Shown here in pieces: positions 8,502 through 15,932 of a stretch of 24,000 nt of DNA. A program made the position numbers and the translations under genes. The DNA is from Winogradskyella sp. 3972H.M.0a.05 (GTDB lineage Bacteria; Bacteroidota; Bacteroidia; Flavobacteriales; Flavobacteriaceae). The stretch covers positions 347,592 through 371,591 of the forward strand of contig NZ_JANFDA010000003.1 in the NCBI RefSeq assembly GCF_040493455.1, given 5' to 3'. The notes under the pieces are model-generated. The model made no database searches, had not been told where the DNA came from, and saw nothing but the letters and a program-made list of their open reading frames with translations. The number at the start of each line of letters is the position of its first letter. Position 1 is the first letter of the stretch.

Positions 8502-9959
8502 TTAGTCTTTTGTGTTTAACAATTTATTTAATTCTGTCTTACTTAAATATTGTCCTCGTTGAACTAGTCCACTTATCGTTAATGTGTTTTCAATGTTTTT
8601 CATTGGGTTCTTGTCAAGGATTAAAATGTTTGCAGTTTTACCTTCTTCAATAGTTCCAAGTTCATCCTCGCGTTCAACATATATAGCAGGATTCAAAGTA
8701 GCCGTTTGCAAAGCTTCCAACTCGGTAAAACCAGCTTTAACAAAAAGGGCTAGTTCATCATGTAATGTAAACCCTGGATATATATTTGGATTACTAGTAT
8801 CTGTCCCTGCTAAAAATTTAGAGCCATTATCCAACATGGGCTTTAAATAAGACATTGTTAGTTCAAAAAAAACTTTCTCAACTTCACTTGATTCTTTACT
8901 AGCTACTAAATAGGATGGTGCTCCATCTTCTGTTATGTCTCCAAACCAGTACTCTTGTTCTTCCTTTGGAATGTATTTTAACCTTGGATCATGCTTAAAA
9001 ATAGAATCAATTTCTTCATTGACAATATAAGATTTCAAAAGTGATAAGGTCGGACAAAACCAAGTGTTCTCTGATTTTGTGATAGTAAGAATATTATCTT
9101 TTAAGTTGCTGTCAAAGGCTTCAAGAAAAGCTTCTGTATACGTATTAATATCTAAATCTTTATGGGTGTTTATAAAAGATTTATAATCAGCAATACCATG
9201 CTCTAATCCTATCGAATGTTCTATGCTCTTTTGGCCAGCTAAGATTCCTTCTTCCGCTGTGACTTGCAATGGAAGGTGTCCTGCAAATTTAAAGTCTAAC
9301 TTCTTGCACTCATCTGCAATGGCCTGATAGGTCTCATAACTGAGGAAATTATAAACCTTTACAAAGTCATATCCTTTCTCATAATATTCCCTTACCAGTT
9401 TGCGGCCTTCTTCGGGATTTGAGGCCACTCTGGCTCCTGGCCAAGTTTCACCTGGCCCATCGGTTATTGGGCTAGAATAAAGAAATTCAAAACCTCTATA
9501 AAATCCATCCTTCCTATTTTTTTTGATGTCTTCGATTCCCTTATCTGAACCATGCATACATCTTAATCCTGTAATTCCTAAAGCAGTGTATCTATCCAGT
9601 ACCCAATCCTTACCCCATAGATGAGCGTGCATGTCCCACAAACCAGGGATGATGTATTTATTACTTGCATCAATTAGGGTGTCAGTAGTCCTTAAGTCCT
9701 TATCGTGGTGGGTGATTTTCAGAATTTTATCCTTATTAATCCAAATGTCACGATGTTCTAGAATTTCTCCTGTTTTTACATCTATGATATTGCCGTTTGA
9801 AACAATTGTATGGTTAACTACAATATCTTCTTGACATGAGAGCCCCAAAAGAAACAATGCTAATATTAATGTTAGTTTAATTTTCACTGATTTTGAAGTA
9901 AGTCCAACGGTTTGTGTATAGTTTTCAATTATAGAAATCACCGAAATAAAGTTAGTCAT
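8502..9959 (-). CDS. amidohydrolase family lipoprotein (imidazolonepropionase/prolidase-like metal hydrolase); start uncertain (ATG 9959 or GTG 9887)
   Basis: It has PGLWDMHAHL (HxH), a later HSIGLEHG, GTDTSN and a C-terminal GTIEEGKTANILILDKNP, all typical of Amidohydro_1 proteins. A signal peptide with lipobox LFLLGLSC begins right after the in-frame GTG at 9887, so the 24 aa upstream may not be translated. Confidence 0.8.
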   Translation of the reverse strand: MTNFISVISIIENYTQTVGLTSKSVKIKLTLILALFLLGLSCQEDIVVNHTIVSNGNIIDVKTGEILEHRDIWINKDKILKITHHDKDLRTTDTLIDASNKYIIPGLWDMHAHLWGKDWVLDRYTALGITGLRCMHGSDKGIEDIKKNRKDGFYRGFEFLYSSPITDGPGETWPGARVASNPEEGRKLVREYYEKGYDFVKVYNFLSYETYQAIADECKKLDFKFAGHLPLQVTAEEGILAGQKSIEHSIGLEHGIADYKSFINTHKDLDINTYTEAFLEAFDSNLKDNILTITKSENTWFCPTLSLLKSYIVNEEIDSIFKHDPRLKYIPKEEQEYWFGDITEDGAPSYLVASKESSEVEKVFFELTMSYLKPMLDNGSKFLAGTDTSNPNIYPGFTLHDELALFVKAGFTELEALQTATLNPAIYVEREDELGTIEEGKTANILILDKNPMKNIENTLTISGLVQRGQYLSKTELNKLLNTKD

Positions 9960-10066
9960 TTAGTTTTCGCATAAATCACAATGTCCTACTAAATTCATTA
10001 ATACTTTAGTACAGTTTTCGATTTTCGTTCATATTTCGCCCAATGTAATTGTATATACAATATATG

Positions 10067-10074
10067 CAAATTTA
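10067..10074 (-). promoter_or_regulatory. candidate -7 box TAAATTTG (minus strand) reading toward the 8502-9959 gene
   Basis: The plus-strand caaattta is TAAATTTG on the minus strand and matches TAnnTTTG. The corresponding position in copy 3 (13467-13474) reads TAAATTTA. Confidence 0.4.
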
Positions 10075-10110
10075 TAAGTATAATCCCGCATACTCTAGGT
10101 TCGAAATATA

Positions 10111-10138
10111 GAAGCCTTTCAGTATTCTGAAAGGCTTC
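10111..10138 (-). terminator. hairpin-element copy 2, probable terminator of the 10205-10909 gene
   Basis: GAAGCCTTTCAG-TATT-CTGAAAGGCTTC forms a 12-bp perfect stem 67 nt past the stop codon. The minus-strand tail (CTATATTTCG) is only moderately T-rich, whereas the plus-strand tail is TTTTG. Confidence 0.5.
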
Positions 10139-10204
10139 TTTTGCATATAGTGTTTTAGATTGAGCAAGTGACACTAGGAGTTAAGCTTATTATTGTATGA
10201 GGCT

Positions 10205-10909
10205 TTATAGACCATTTTTGCTTTTCCAATTACTCATTGTCGTTGGATGGTTATTATCAGTAGGATAATTCTGATTTATAAAGTCTAGTTGTTTTAATGT
10301 TAGCAGTACAAACATCCCATCATTGCCACAACTAATTGGATAAAACTGTTCGTCCGAATTTTGTCTCTTCAGTTCTGCGTTCAACATTTCTATGAAATTT
10401 ACATAGGCAATTCCCCAATCAAGATCTGAAAATGGTCCATCGAAGGCTATATATTCAATCCCGTTCAGTTCGATCGTATGTTTCCAGTTGTTCTGACCTT
10501 GCAGGCTATTTTCATATGCAAATTCTAATTTCAGGTCAAGTTTTTCAAACGTCGGTTTTACTAGGTTTAAATATTCTGTTAGTCCACCTGTTTCAAAAAG
10601 TTCTTCACAGTCTATCCAATGGAAGCGGTTATCCATAAAATACAATGTTTCTCCACGCGTAGGGCCTTGAAAGAAATTCAAGTCCGTGTATGCTTTCTCA
10701 ATATCAAACTTAACCGTATCCAATTCAGATTCTTTAGTCAAACTGAAATACCCTAACTTTTCTAATTCTGTTACTACTTCTTTTCCGCTTAGTTTCTTTT
10801 GAATTGCTTTCTCTGGATTTTGATTTTTGATTTTAGAAACCGTATTATCTTTTTTGGAATTACAGGCTAAAAATGTGAGAAGCAATATGGTTAGAAAAAT
10901 ATGTTTCAT
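10205..10909 (-). CDS. hypothetical lipoprotein (about 235 aa from ATG 10909)
   Basis: The signal peptide MKHIFLTILLLTFLAC is followed by NSKKDN. The listed start at 10948 adds 13 residues ahead of this signal and is less likely. I recognise no family for the mature part. Confidence 0.6.
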   Translation of the reverse strand: MKHIFLTILLLTFLACNSKKDNTVSKIKNQNPEKAIQKKLSGKEVVTELEKLGYFSLTKESELDTVKFDIEKAYTDLNFFQGPTRGETLYFMDNRFHWIDCEELFETGGLTEYLNLVKPTFEKLDLKLEFAYENSLQGQNNWKHTIELNGIEYIAFDGPFSDLDWGIAYVNFIEMLNAELKRQNSDEQFYPISCGNDGMFVLLTLKQLDFINQNYPTDNNHPTTMSNWKSKNGL

Positions 10910-11009
10910 TGAGTTTTGTAAGATTGTTAACAATGGTTTTAGTATCATTCCGTAGTAACAACCAATTTAGCAAAAAGACTTGATAAACTGTGTTAGAGAT
11001 TCATCTGGA

Positions 11010-11579
11010 TTAGTTATGCATGTTATTAGTTACTGTGATTTTTGTTACAATATTTTTGTAATATTCTAAAATCAACTTACTTGAAAATAATTCAAATTCG
11101 AAATTATATGAATACTTATTGGTCTGTTTTTGTGGAATTCCAAATACTTTTTGAAAATCTTGAATAGTAGAACCAATTTTTAATTCGTTTTTAAACGGAA
11201 AAGACTCTAGGCTAGTCTCAAAATGATATATTTCAAAGCCATTTGTTCCAAAAGTCCAAGTTGAATCCGTTTTGAAGACCGAGGATTTCATCTCTGCTAT
11301 TTTTTCTCCTTTGTGCATGTATTTACAGTCGTAGTATACTCTCACAGAGATTTTTAAATTATAGGGGTTTTGATTTTCACTGGTTTTACATTCAATTTCG
11401 TATTGAAGATTGTTTATTATCAAATTATTTCGTGGGTCTTTAAGAAAATCCTTAACTACAATGGTATCAATTACAATATTCGAGTCTGTGTTCAATCCAT
11501 TTTGACTTTTCTTATAGGTACAATTAATAATACAAGTCAATGTTAATATTAAAGATATTTTTTTAATCAAAGGTGTCAT
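11010..11579 (-). CDS. hypothetical lipoprotein (189 aa)
   Basis: The N-terminus MTPLIKKISLILTLTCIINC has Cys candidates for lipidation and is followed by a beta-rich, Asn/Lys-rich sequence. I recognise no family. Confidence 0.55.
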   Translation of the reverse strand: MTPLIKKISLILTLTCIINCTYKKSQNGLNTDSNIVIDTIVVKDFLKDPRNNLIINNLQYEIECKTSENQNPYNLKISVRVYYDCKYMHKGEKIAEMKSSVFKTDSTWTFGTNGFEIYHFETSLESFPFKNELKIGSTIQDFQKVFGIPQKQTNKYSYNFEFELFSSKLILEYYKNIVTKITVTNNMHN

Positions 11580-11672
11580 AATTACAGCTAATGGTCCTCA
11601 GTAATAGGTAATTATTTTTTGCTTACAGTATTAAACCACAATGAATTATAACCATTGTTTGTGCATCAGTTT

Positions 11673-11927
11673 TTATTTGTCATACCAGGAGTAAACTAAC
11701 TCGGTTATTTCTTCGACATTATTTTCACTAATAGTAAGTCCATAAGTTGTAATTAATTCACTCGATATTACTCTTTTAATTTTCTCCAAGTCGTAACCAT
11801 TTTGTAGGTCAAGAATTAGTTTTCTACTCAACTTTTTAAAAGAATGACTGTCGCCAGATAGCATAATGTCCGTCTGATATATGATTTTACTTAGTGCATT
11901 AATATTTTGTTCGTCAAGAATTTTCAC
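11673..11927 (-). CDS. hypothetical small cytoplasmic protein (84 aa, GTG start)
   Basis: This ORF fills the gap between two same-strand genes and looks helical. It has no signal peptide and no upstream in-frame ATG. I recognise no family. Confidence 0.45.
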   Translation of the reverse strand: MKILDEQNINALSKIIYQTDIMLSGDSHSFKKLSRKLILDLQNGYDLEKIKRVISSELITTYGLTISENNVEEITELVYSWYDK

Positions 11928-11960
11928 TTAGTTTCTTTATGTAGTTATAAAAACTTAATG

Positions 11961-12437
11961 TTATTCTGGAATAGGATCTCCTTCTCCAGGTTTTAAAATT
12001 GAAAACGCCCAATCGGTAGATTTTGGAACATTTAATTTATCGAGCCACTCTCCACCTAATCCAGCAACTTGTATTTTATTATCAATTACTTCTAACCCTT
12101 CTGTTTCTCCAAAGAAGAATTGAATTCCGTTGTCGAGCGCAACACCCATTGTGTCTGGTATTTTAAATACATAACTTTCGTTTGGCTTAATTATCACTTT
12201 TTCATTTGCACTAATTGAATTTGCAGTTTCATTGAAAATAAAAATGTTATATACTTTCCCTGTCGCATTATATGTTTCAGGTTTGATAGTTTCTCCGCTA
12301 TAATTTGGATTAATATAAACCTTATTATTTTGTGTTTCTTCGCTCTCGTTCTGCTTATTTTCCATTTTTGATTTACATTGGAAAAAGAAAATTGTGACAA
12401 GAGCCGATATGTATACTAAATGTTTTCTGTTTTTCAT
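11961..12437 (-). CDS. hypothetical secreted protein or lipoprotein (158 aa)
   Basis: The N-terminus MKNRKHLVYISALVTIFFFQC is followed by KSKMENKQNESEE, a charged post-Cys region like Bacteroidota surface lipoproteins. I recognise no family. Confidence 0.55.
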   Translation of the reverse strand: MKNRKHLVYISALVTIFFFQCKSKMENKQNESEETQNNKVYINPNYSGETIKPETYNATGKVYNIFIFNETANSISANEKVIIKPNESYVFKIPDTMGVALDNGIQFFFGETEGLEVIDNKIQVAGLGGEWLDKLNVPKSTDWAFSILKPGEGDPIPE

Positions 12438-12477
12438 TTTTTAATTACGTAGAATGGTCTCAAATAAGAACAGTGAT

Positions 12478-13413
12478 TTAAGACCACAGTTTTTTCCACC
12501 AAGATTTACTTTTGTTATTACTACTGTTTTCTAATTTACCACTTGCCTTATCATTGTTTTCAGGAATTATTTGCAGCTGGCTTTTTTCTTTATTCTCAAA
12601 TTGGCTCAATAATTTATCTTCCTCATCTAGTTTGTCATATGCGTCAGCCTCAGTTAAGTGTCCATCTTGATCACTAATTCTGGTCAATTCTTTTCCTTGT
12701 CTGAAGACCAATTGGAGTCCATGTTCTTGTTCCCATTCACATTCACAAGTTACATTAACATAAATGTCTTCATCTCTTCGGTGTCTTCTAGTTACATATA
12801 TATCTTGGGCGTAAATAAAATTCCATATTTTATTTTTCTCTTTGATATCCCAAAGTGGTTGGTCAGCTTCATCATATCCAATAGCATTTAGGAATTCCAT
12901 ACAATTCTGATATGCAAGTTCACTGAGCTTTAGCCTGTCATTAGTTTTCTTTTCCAAGAATAACTTTAAAGCTTTATCAGCCTCATCTATAAATCTCGAG
13001 TCGTTTTCGAGAATCAAGTCCATAAATGTGATTTTCAGTTTTTTATGGTCAAAGAATGGGATTTCTATAGGTTCACTTTCCCACCAATCATCGAATTGAT
13101 CATTTTGGAACAGAGTTCCAATTACTTCACTTGTTATAAAATTTCTTGAGTTAGATTCCCATTCGTTCTCAAAATCAGTTTTTGAGATTTCAAACTCATT
13201 AAATTCTTCTAAATCCAATTCTTGATCACCTAAACCTCCATACTTGTCTTCAGTATTGTTTTTACTATATTTTAAAATAACTCCATTATCATATTTTTCG
13301 ATCTGTCGTAATGGGAAACCTGTCTCATCTGTTTCAAAAAAAAATGTAGAAAAGCCCCAATCATTAAATTGATCACCCCTTTTTTCGGTCCATTTTCTCT
13401 TGAAGTATTTCAT
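12478..13413 (-). CDS. hypothetical two-module cytoplasmic protein, possibly related to immunity proteins
   Basis: There is no signal peptide. The N-terminal module of about 90 aa reads MKYFKRKWTEKRGDQFNDWGFSTFFFETDETGFPLRQIEKYDNGVILKY...FEISKTDFENEW. The central module ends in VNVTCECEWEQEHGLQLVFRQGKELTRISDQDGHLTEADAY. The tail is low-complexity and ends KSKSWWKKLWS. The resemblance to DUF families linked to polymorphic-toxin immunity comes from memory and is unverified. Confidence 0.5.
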   Translation of the reverse strand: MKYFKRKWTEKRGDQFNDWGFSTFFFETDETGFPLRQIEKYDNGVILKYSKNNTEDKYGGLGDQELDLEEFNEFEISKTDFENEWESNSRNFITSEVIGTLFQNDQFDDWWESEPIEIPFFDHKKLKITFMDLILENDSRFIDEADKALKLFLEKKTNDRLKLSELAYQNCMEFLNAIGYDEADQPLWDIKEKNKIWNFIYAQDIYVTRRHRRDEDIYVNVTCECEWEQEHGLQLVFRQGKELTRISDQDGHLTEADAYDKLDEEDKLLSQFENKEKSQLQIIPENNDKASGKLENSSNNKSKSWWKKLWS

Positions 13414-13466
13414 AAGTTATTATTTTCCTAGGTTTGCTCCCAAGGTATATGCATTCGCAATATATA

Positions 13467-13474
13467 TAAATTTA
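13467..13474 (-). promoter_or_regulatory. candidate -7 box TAAATTTA (minus strand) upstream of the 13413 start
   Basis: It is a near match to TAnnTTTG, lies 53 nt upstream of the ATG at 13413, and is positionally equivalent to the box in copy 2. Confidence 0.35.
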
Positions 13475-13511
13475 TAACTATAATACTGTATGTTTAAGTT
13501 TCAAAATATAA

Positions 13512-13537
13512 AAGCCTTTCAGGTAACTGAAAGGCTT
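13512..13537 (-). terminator. hairpin-element copy 3, terminator of the 13564-14094 gene
   Basis: AAGCCTTTCAG-GTAA-CTGAAAGGCTT lies 27 nt past the stop codon. The minus-strand tail is TTTATATTTTG. Confidence 0.6.
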
Positions 13538-13563
13538 AGTTGTTTTTATAGTAAAGCTTAATG

Positions 13564-14094
13564 CTATTCTGATTTTTCATACGCTTCTTTTAGCCATTCT
13601 ATAAGTTCAGTGTCTACATCTTCTACAGTATTTAATCGCACTCTATGCGTACACATAGAACCAAATGGACCCGAATTCTCAAGACGCTCAGTAAGGGCTT
13701 TTCCTTTTAGCTTTAAACCTAAATCGATGCGTGTTTTGGTTGCAGGTTTTATTAATGCAAATTGTCGTTTTCTAATACAGCTCACACTATCTTTTTTTGG
13801 AGTGACTGTGATATCATTTCCAAACTCATTAATTTGTTCTAGAAGCTTTTCGTAAATCGGCTTTAAGTGTTCTTTTCCTTTGTATTGGTTGGTTAATAGG
13901 CTTTCATCATCTATAGAACCAGCATCCGATTTTCTGGCTTTTAGAGATACAAAATTTGCGTATCCGTGAGTGAAACCATGTTCAGATTTTAAAAAGTCTA
14001 CAATAGCTTTGTGCTTTTCAATCTTTGACGCTTTTACAACGTTTATCCAGTGATCTATTGGTTTTCCAGTTTTTTCAAGTATTCCTTTTTCCAT
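13564..14094 (-). CDS. DUF4287/DUF5655-like protein
   Basis: The N-terminal KTGKPIDHWINVVKASKIEKHKAIVDFLKSEHGFTHGYANFV matches the DUF4287 pattern as I remember it. The C-terminal half resembles DUF5655. Confidence 0.6.
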   Translation of the reverse strand: MEKGILEKTGKPIDHWINVVKASKIEKHKAIVDFLKSEHGFTHGYANFVSLKARKSDAGSIDDESLLTNQYKGKEHLKPIYEKLLEQINEFGNDITVTPKKDSVSCIRKRQFALIKPATKTRIDLGLKLKGKALTERLENSGPFGSMCTHRVRLNTVEDVDTELIEWLKEAYEKSE

Positions 14095-14106
14095 TGTTTT
14101 ATGTTT

Positions 14107-14517
14107 TTACCAGGCACCAAGTATAGCGCCCATTAGTGTTAATGCTACGATGCAGTATCCTGCATTTATTATATATGCTTTTAGTGATTTCATTTCAAAT
14201 AGGTATAGTATTCCGAGCATTGTGGCTACCCAACCAAAACCTGTAAAGAAACCAGCTAGAGTTCCAAATGTTACATCTGCCTCAGATCCAATGAACATTT
14301 CTAAAATCAATGCTGCAATACATGCGAGGAGTAAGGAGAGTCCAAAAGTTTTTGGGACACTTCTCTTTTTTAAATCTTCTTCGGTAACACCAAATTCGGT
14401 CATCCAGCCTTTCCCAAATAGTGGTCCATACCAGATGCCTCCAATTAAAAATGATGACACCGCAGCTACTATAACCGAAAGCCAGTTAATGTTTTCTACT
14501 GCTGTTGCTAAATCCAT
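14107..14517 (-). CDS. DUF1761-family membrane protein
   Basis: It has four hydrophobic helices. The N-terminal NWLSVIVAAVSSFLIGGIWYGPLFGKGWM is the characteristic DUF1761 opening. Confidence 0.65.
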   Translation of the reverse strand: MDLATAVENINWLSVIVAAVSSFLIGGIWYGPLFGKGWMTEFGVTEEDLKKRSVPKTFGLSLLLACIAALILEMFIGSEADVTFGTLAGFFTGFGWVATMLGILYLFEMKSLKAYIINAGYCIVALTLMGAILGAW

Positions 14518-14582
14518 AAATCATAATGTTTTAAATTAAAGTACAAGTCTACTTTAATCTAATTTTACTGGATAGTAAAAAA

Positions 14583-15416
14583 TTAACCTTGCCTGTCTAA
14601 GGGGAAGAAATTCTTCTCTTCATCGTTATGAAAGTTCTGTTGTATGAACTTTTGAGGGTTTATTCCCGAGAAGTGTTTGAACTCTTTTATAAAGTGTGAT
14701 TGATCTGCATATTCGCATAGATAAGCAACTTGTGACCATTCAATCTTTTCTGTTTGATGAATTTGTTGTAGAATTTCATTAAATCGTAGAATTCTCTGGT
14801 AATATTTTGGCGTTAAGCCTACATATTTTTTGAATTGATCTATGAGATGCTTTTGCGTTTTTGAATAGTCTTGAATGATCTTATGATAGTTTGCGACAGA
14901 CTCGGTTTGCAATTTTTCTAAGACACCCAATAATTCAGTAGGAGGAATTCGATCTTCTTGAAATCTATTAGCAAGCCAATTCTCAGCTACTTCAAATTTT
15001 TCTTCTGAGGTTGCCTTAACTAAGATATCTTCTCTTAGTGTCAAGATTTCGGTTCCAAATACCTGTTCTGCTGGGACTACTTTGTCATTTAGTTCTTGAA
15101 TAGGAACATGGAAAAACGGATAGGCTCCATAGGGTTTAAACTGAATGACGAACATTTCGGATTTTTGGTGCGCAGAAATTGAAATGTAATTTTTGTGCAT
15201 TCCAGACACCCAAACTTTTGTAAATGTATTGTTCGGTTTCAGGGTTTCATTATCAAAGGTATTTCGAACAAAACCATCTAATTCAAAGATGATGAAGATA
15301 TGCCCTGTTGGCACTACACGTTCAATAGAATGATCTGGAACAAAGTCTTTAAAATGAAAAATGGATTCAATGTAGTTGCTTATAGTTCCTTTTATGTCAT
15401 GTGTTTTAAAAATCAT
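14583..15416 (-). CDS. AraC/XylS family transcriptional regulator
   Basis: The C-terminal double HTH region (LIDQFKKYVGLTPKYYQRILRFNEILQ ... AYLCEYADQSHFIKEFKHFSGINPQKF) is typical of AraC regulators. The N-terminal domain of about 170 aa is presumably ligand-binding. Confidence 0.85.
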   Translation of the reverse strand: MIFKTHDIKGTISNYIESIFHFKDFVPDHSIERVVPTGHIFIIFELDGFVRNTFDNETLKPNNTFTKVWVSGMHKNYISISAHQKSEMFVIQFKPYGAYPFFHVPIQELNDKVVPAEQVFGTEILTLREDILVKATSEEKFEVAENWLANRFQEDRIPPTELLGVLEKLQTESVANYHKIIQDYSKTQKHLIDQFKKYVGLTPKYYQRILRFNEILQQIHQTEKIEWSQVAYLCEYADQSHFIKEFKHFSGINPQKFIQQNFHNDEEKNFFPLDRQG

Positions 15417-15437
15417 TAGCTGTATTCAGTTTGAGTT

Positions 15438-15932
15438 CTATTGATTCACAAAAGTTTCGTTTAGCACAGTTGTTTCTCTTAAGTCAACGTTCTGTTCGAT
15501 TACAGATTTTAGGTTGGTGAGAAAGAACACCCAACATACGCAGCAATTTATAAATGAAAATTCATTTTCTGCTGTTGGATTTAAGTTTTTCTGATGTAGA
15601 TGCAAAATAGTACTGCCGGATTCATGTCTTTCTAAACTGAATAGAACTGTAAAATCTTTACCAAACGTAAATTCGAAATAGGAGTCATTCTCAGAAGCAA
15701 TAATTTCACCTTCAATTTGAAAATCCTTTTGCCATTTCCATAGATATGCTGTTCCGCTTGAAGGTACTTCGGTAGCGCTTAGTTGCTCATTTTGGCTTGA
15801 AAACTTTACGTTTCCAAGAAACCAAGATTCCAATCCTTGAGCAGTCGCTACACATTGATAAACATCTTTAATTGTTGTATGTAGCAATATTTTGTGGCTG
15901 AATTCACTTTTTGAAAAATCTTCTTGCCTCAT
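15438..15932 (-). CDS. SRPBCC superfamily (AHSA1/START-like) protein
   Basis: Its size of 164 aa and pattern (VYQCVATAQGLESWF ... YLWKWQ ... EGEIIASENDSYFEFTF) resemble Aha1-domain/SRPBCC ligand-binding proteins. The start overlaps the upstream stop (ATGA at 15929-15932). Confidence 0.55.
   Translation of the reverse strand: MRQEDFSKSEFSHKILLHTTIKDVYQCVATAQGLESWFLGNVKFSSQNEQLSATEVPSSGTAYLWKWQKDFQIEGEIIASENDSYFEFTFGKDFTVLFSLERHESGSTILHLHQKNLNPTAENEFSFINCCVCWVFFLTNLKSVIEQNVDLRETTVLNETFVNQ

Larger units (their letters stand above)
10041..10164. repeat. junction repeat copy 2 (left flank, hairpin and right flank)
   Basis: The left part plus hairpin (10041-10140) aligns without gaps to 13441-13540 at 74 of 100 positions by hand count, at an offset of exactly 3400 nt. 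The hairpin plus right part aligns to copy 1. Confidence 0.7.
13441..13540. repeat. junction repeat copy 3 (left flank plus hairpin)
   Basis: This copy aligns without gaps to 10041-10140 at 74 of 100 positions. Its right flank (AGTTGTTTTTATAGTAAAGCT) resembles the right flank of copy 4 (ATAGTTTTTTATAGAAAAAAAGCT). Confidence 0.7.

Noticed and set aside
8310-8519. A listed 69-aa ORF on the plus strand
   Set aside because: It is a read-through of the tRNA-His gene and its terminator hairpin. The tRNA explains the sequence and no coding evidence exists.
10097-10106. AGGTTCGAAA next to hairpin copy 2, considered as a duplicated fragment of the tRNA-His T arm (GGTTCGAGA) and therefore an att site
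   Set aside because: Only about 8 nt match. The homologous position in copy 3 reads AAGTTTCAAA, and nothing resembling the acceptor 3' strand follows. The match is probably chance.
10910-10948. N-terminal extensions of listed ORFs at 10948, 21141 and 22695
   Set aside because: In each case an internal ATG (10909, 21084, 22716) begins a canonical signal peptide. The extension would place charged or polar residues ahead of it. For 22695 the extension starts at a TTG that lies inside a -7-like box.
14150-14539. A listed 129-aa ORF on the plus strand
   Set aside because: It is antisense to the DUF1761 membrane protein gene, which has a recognisable family signature. It is a shadow ORF.
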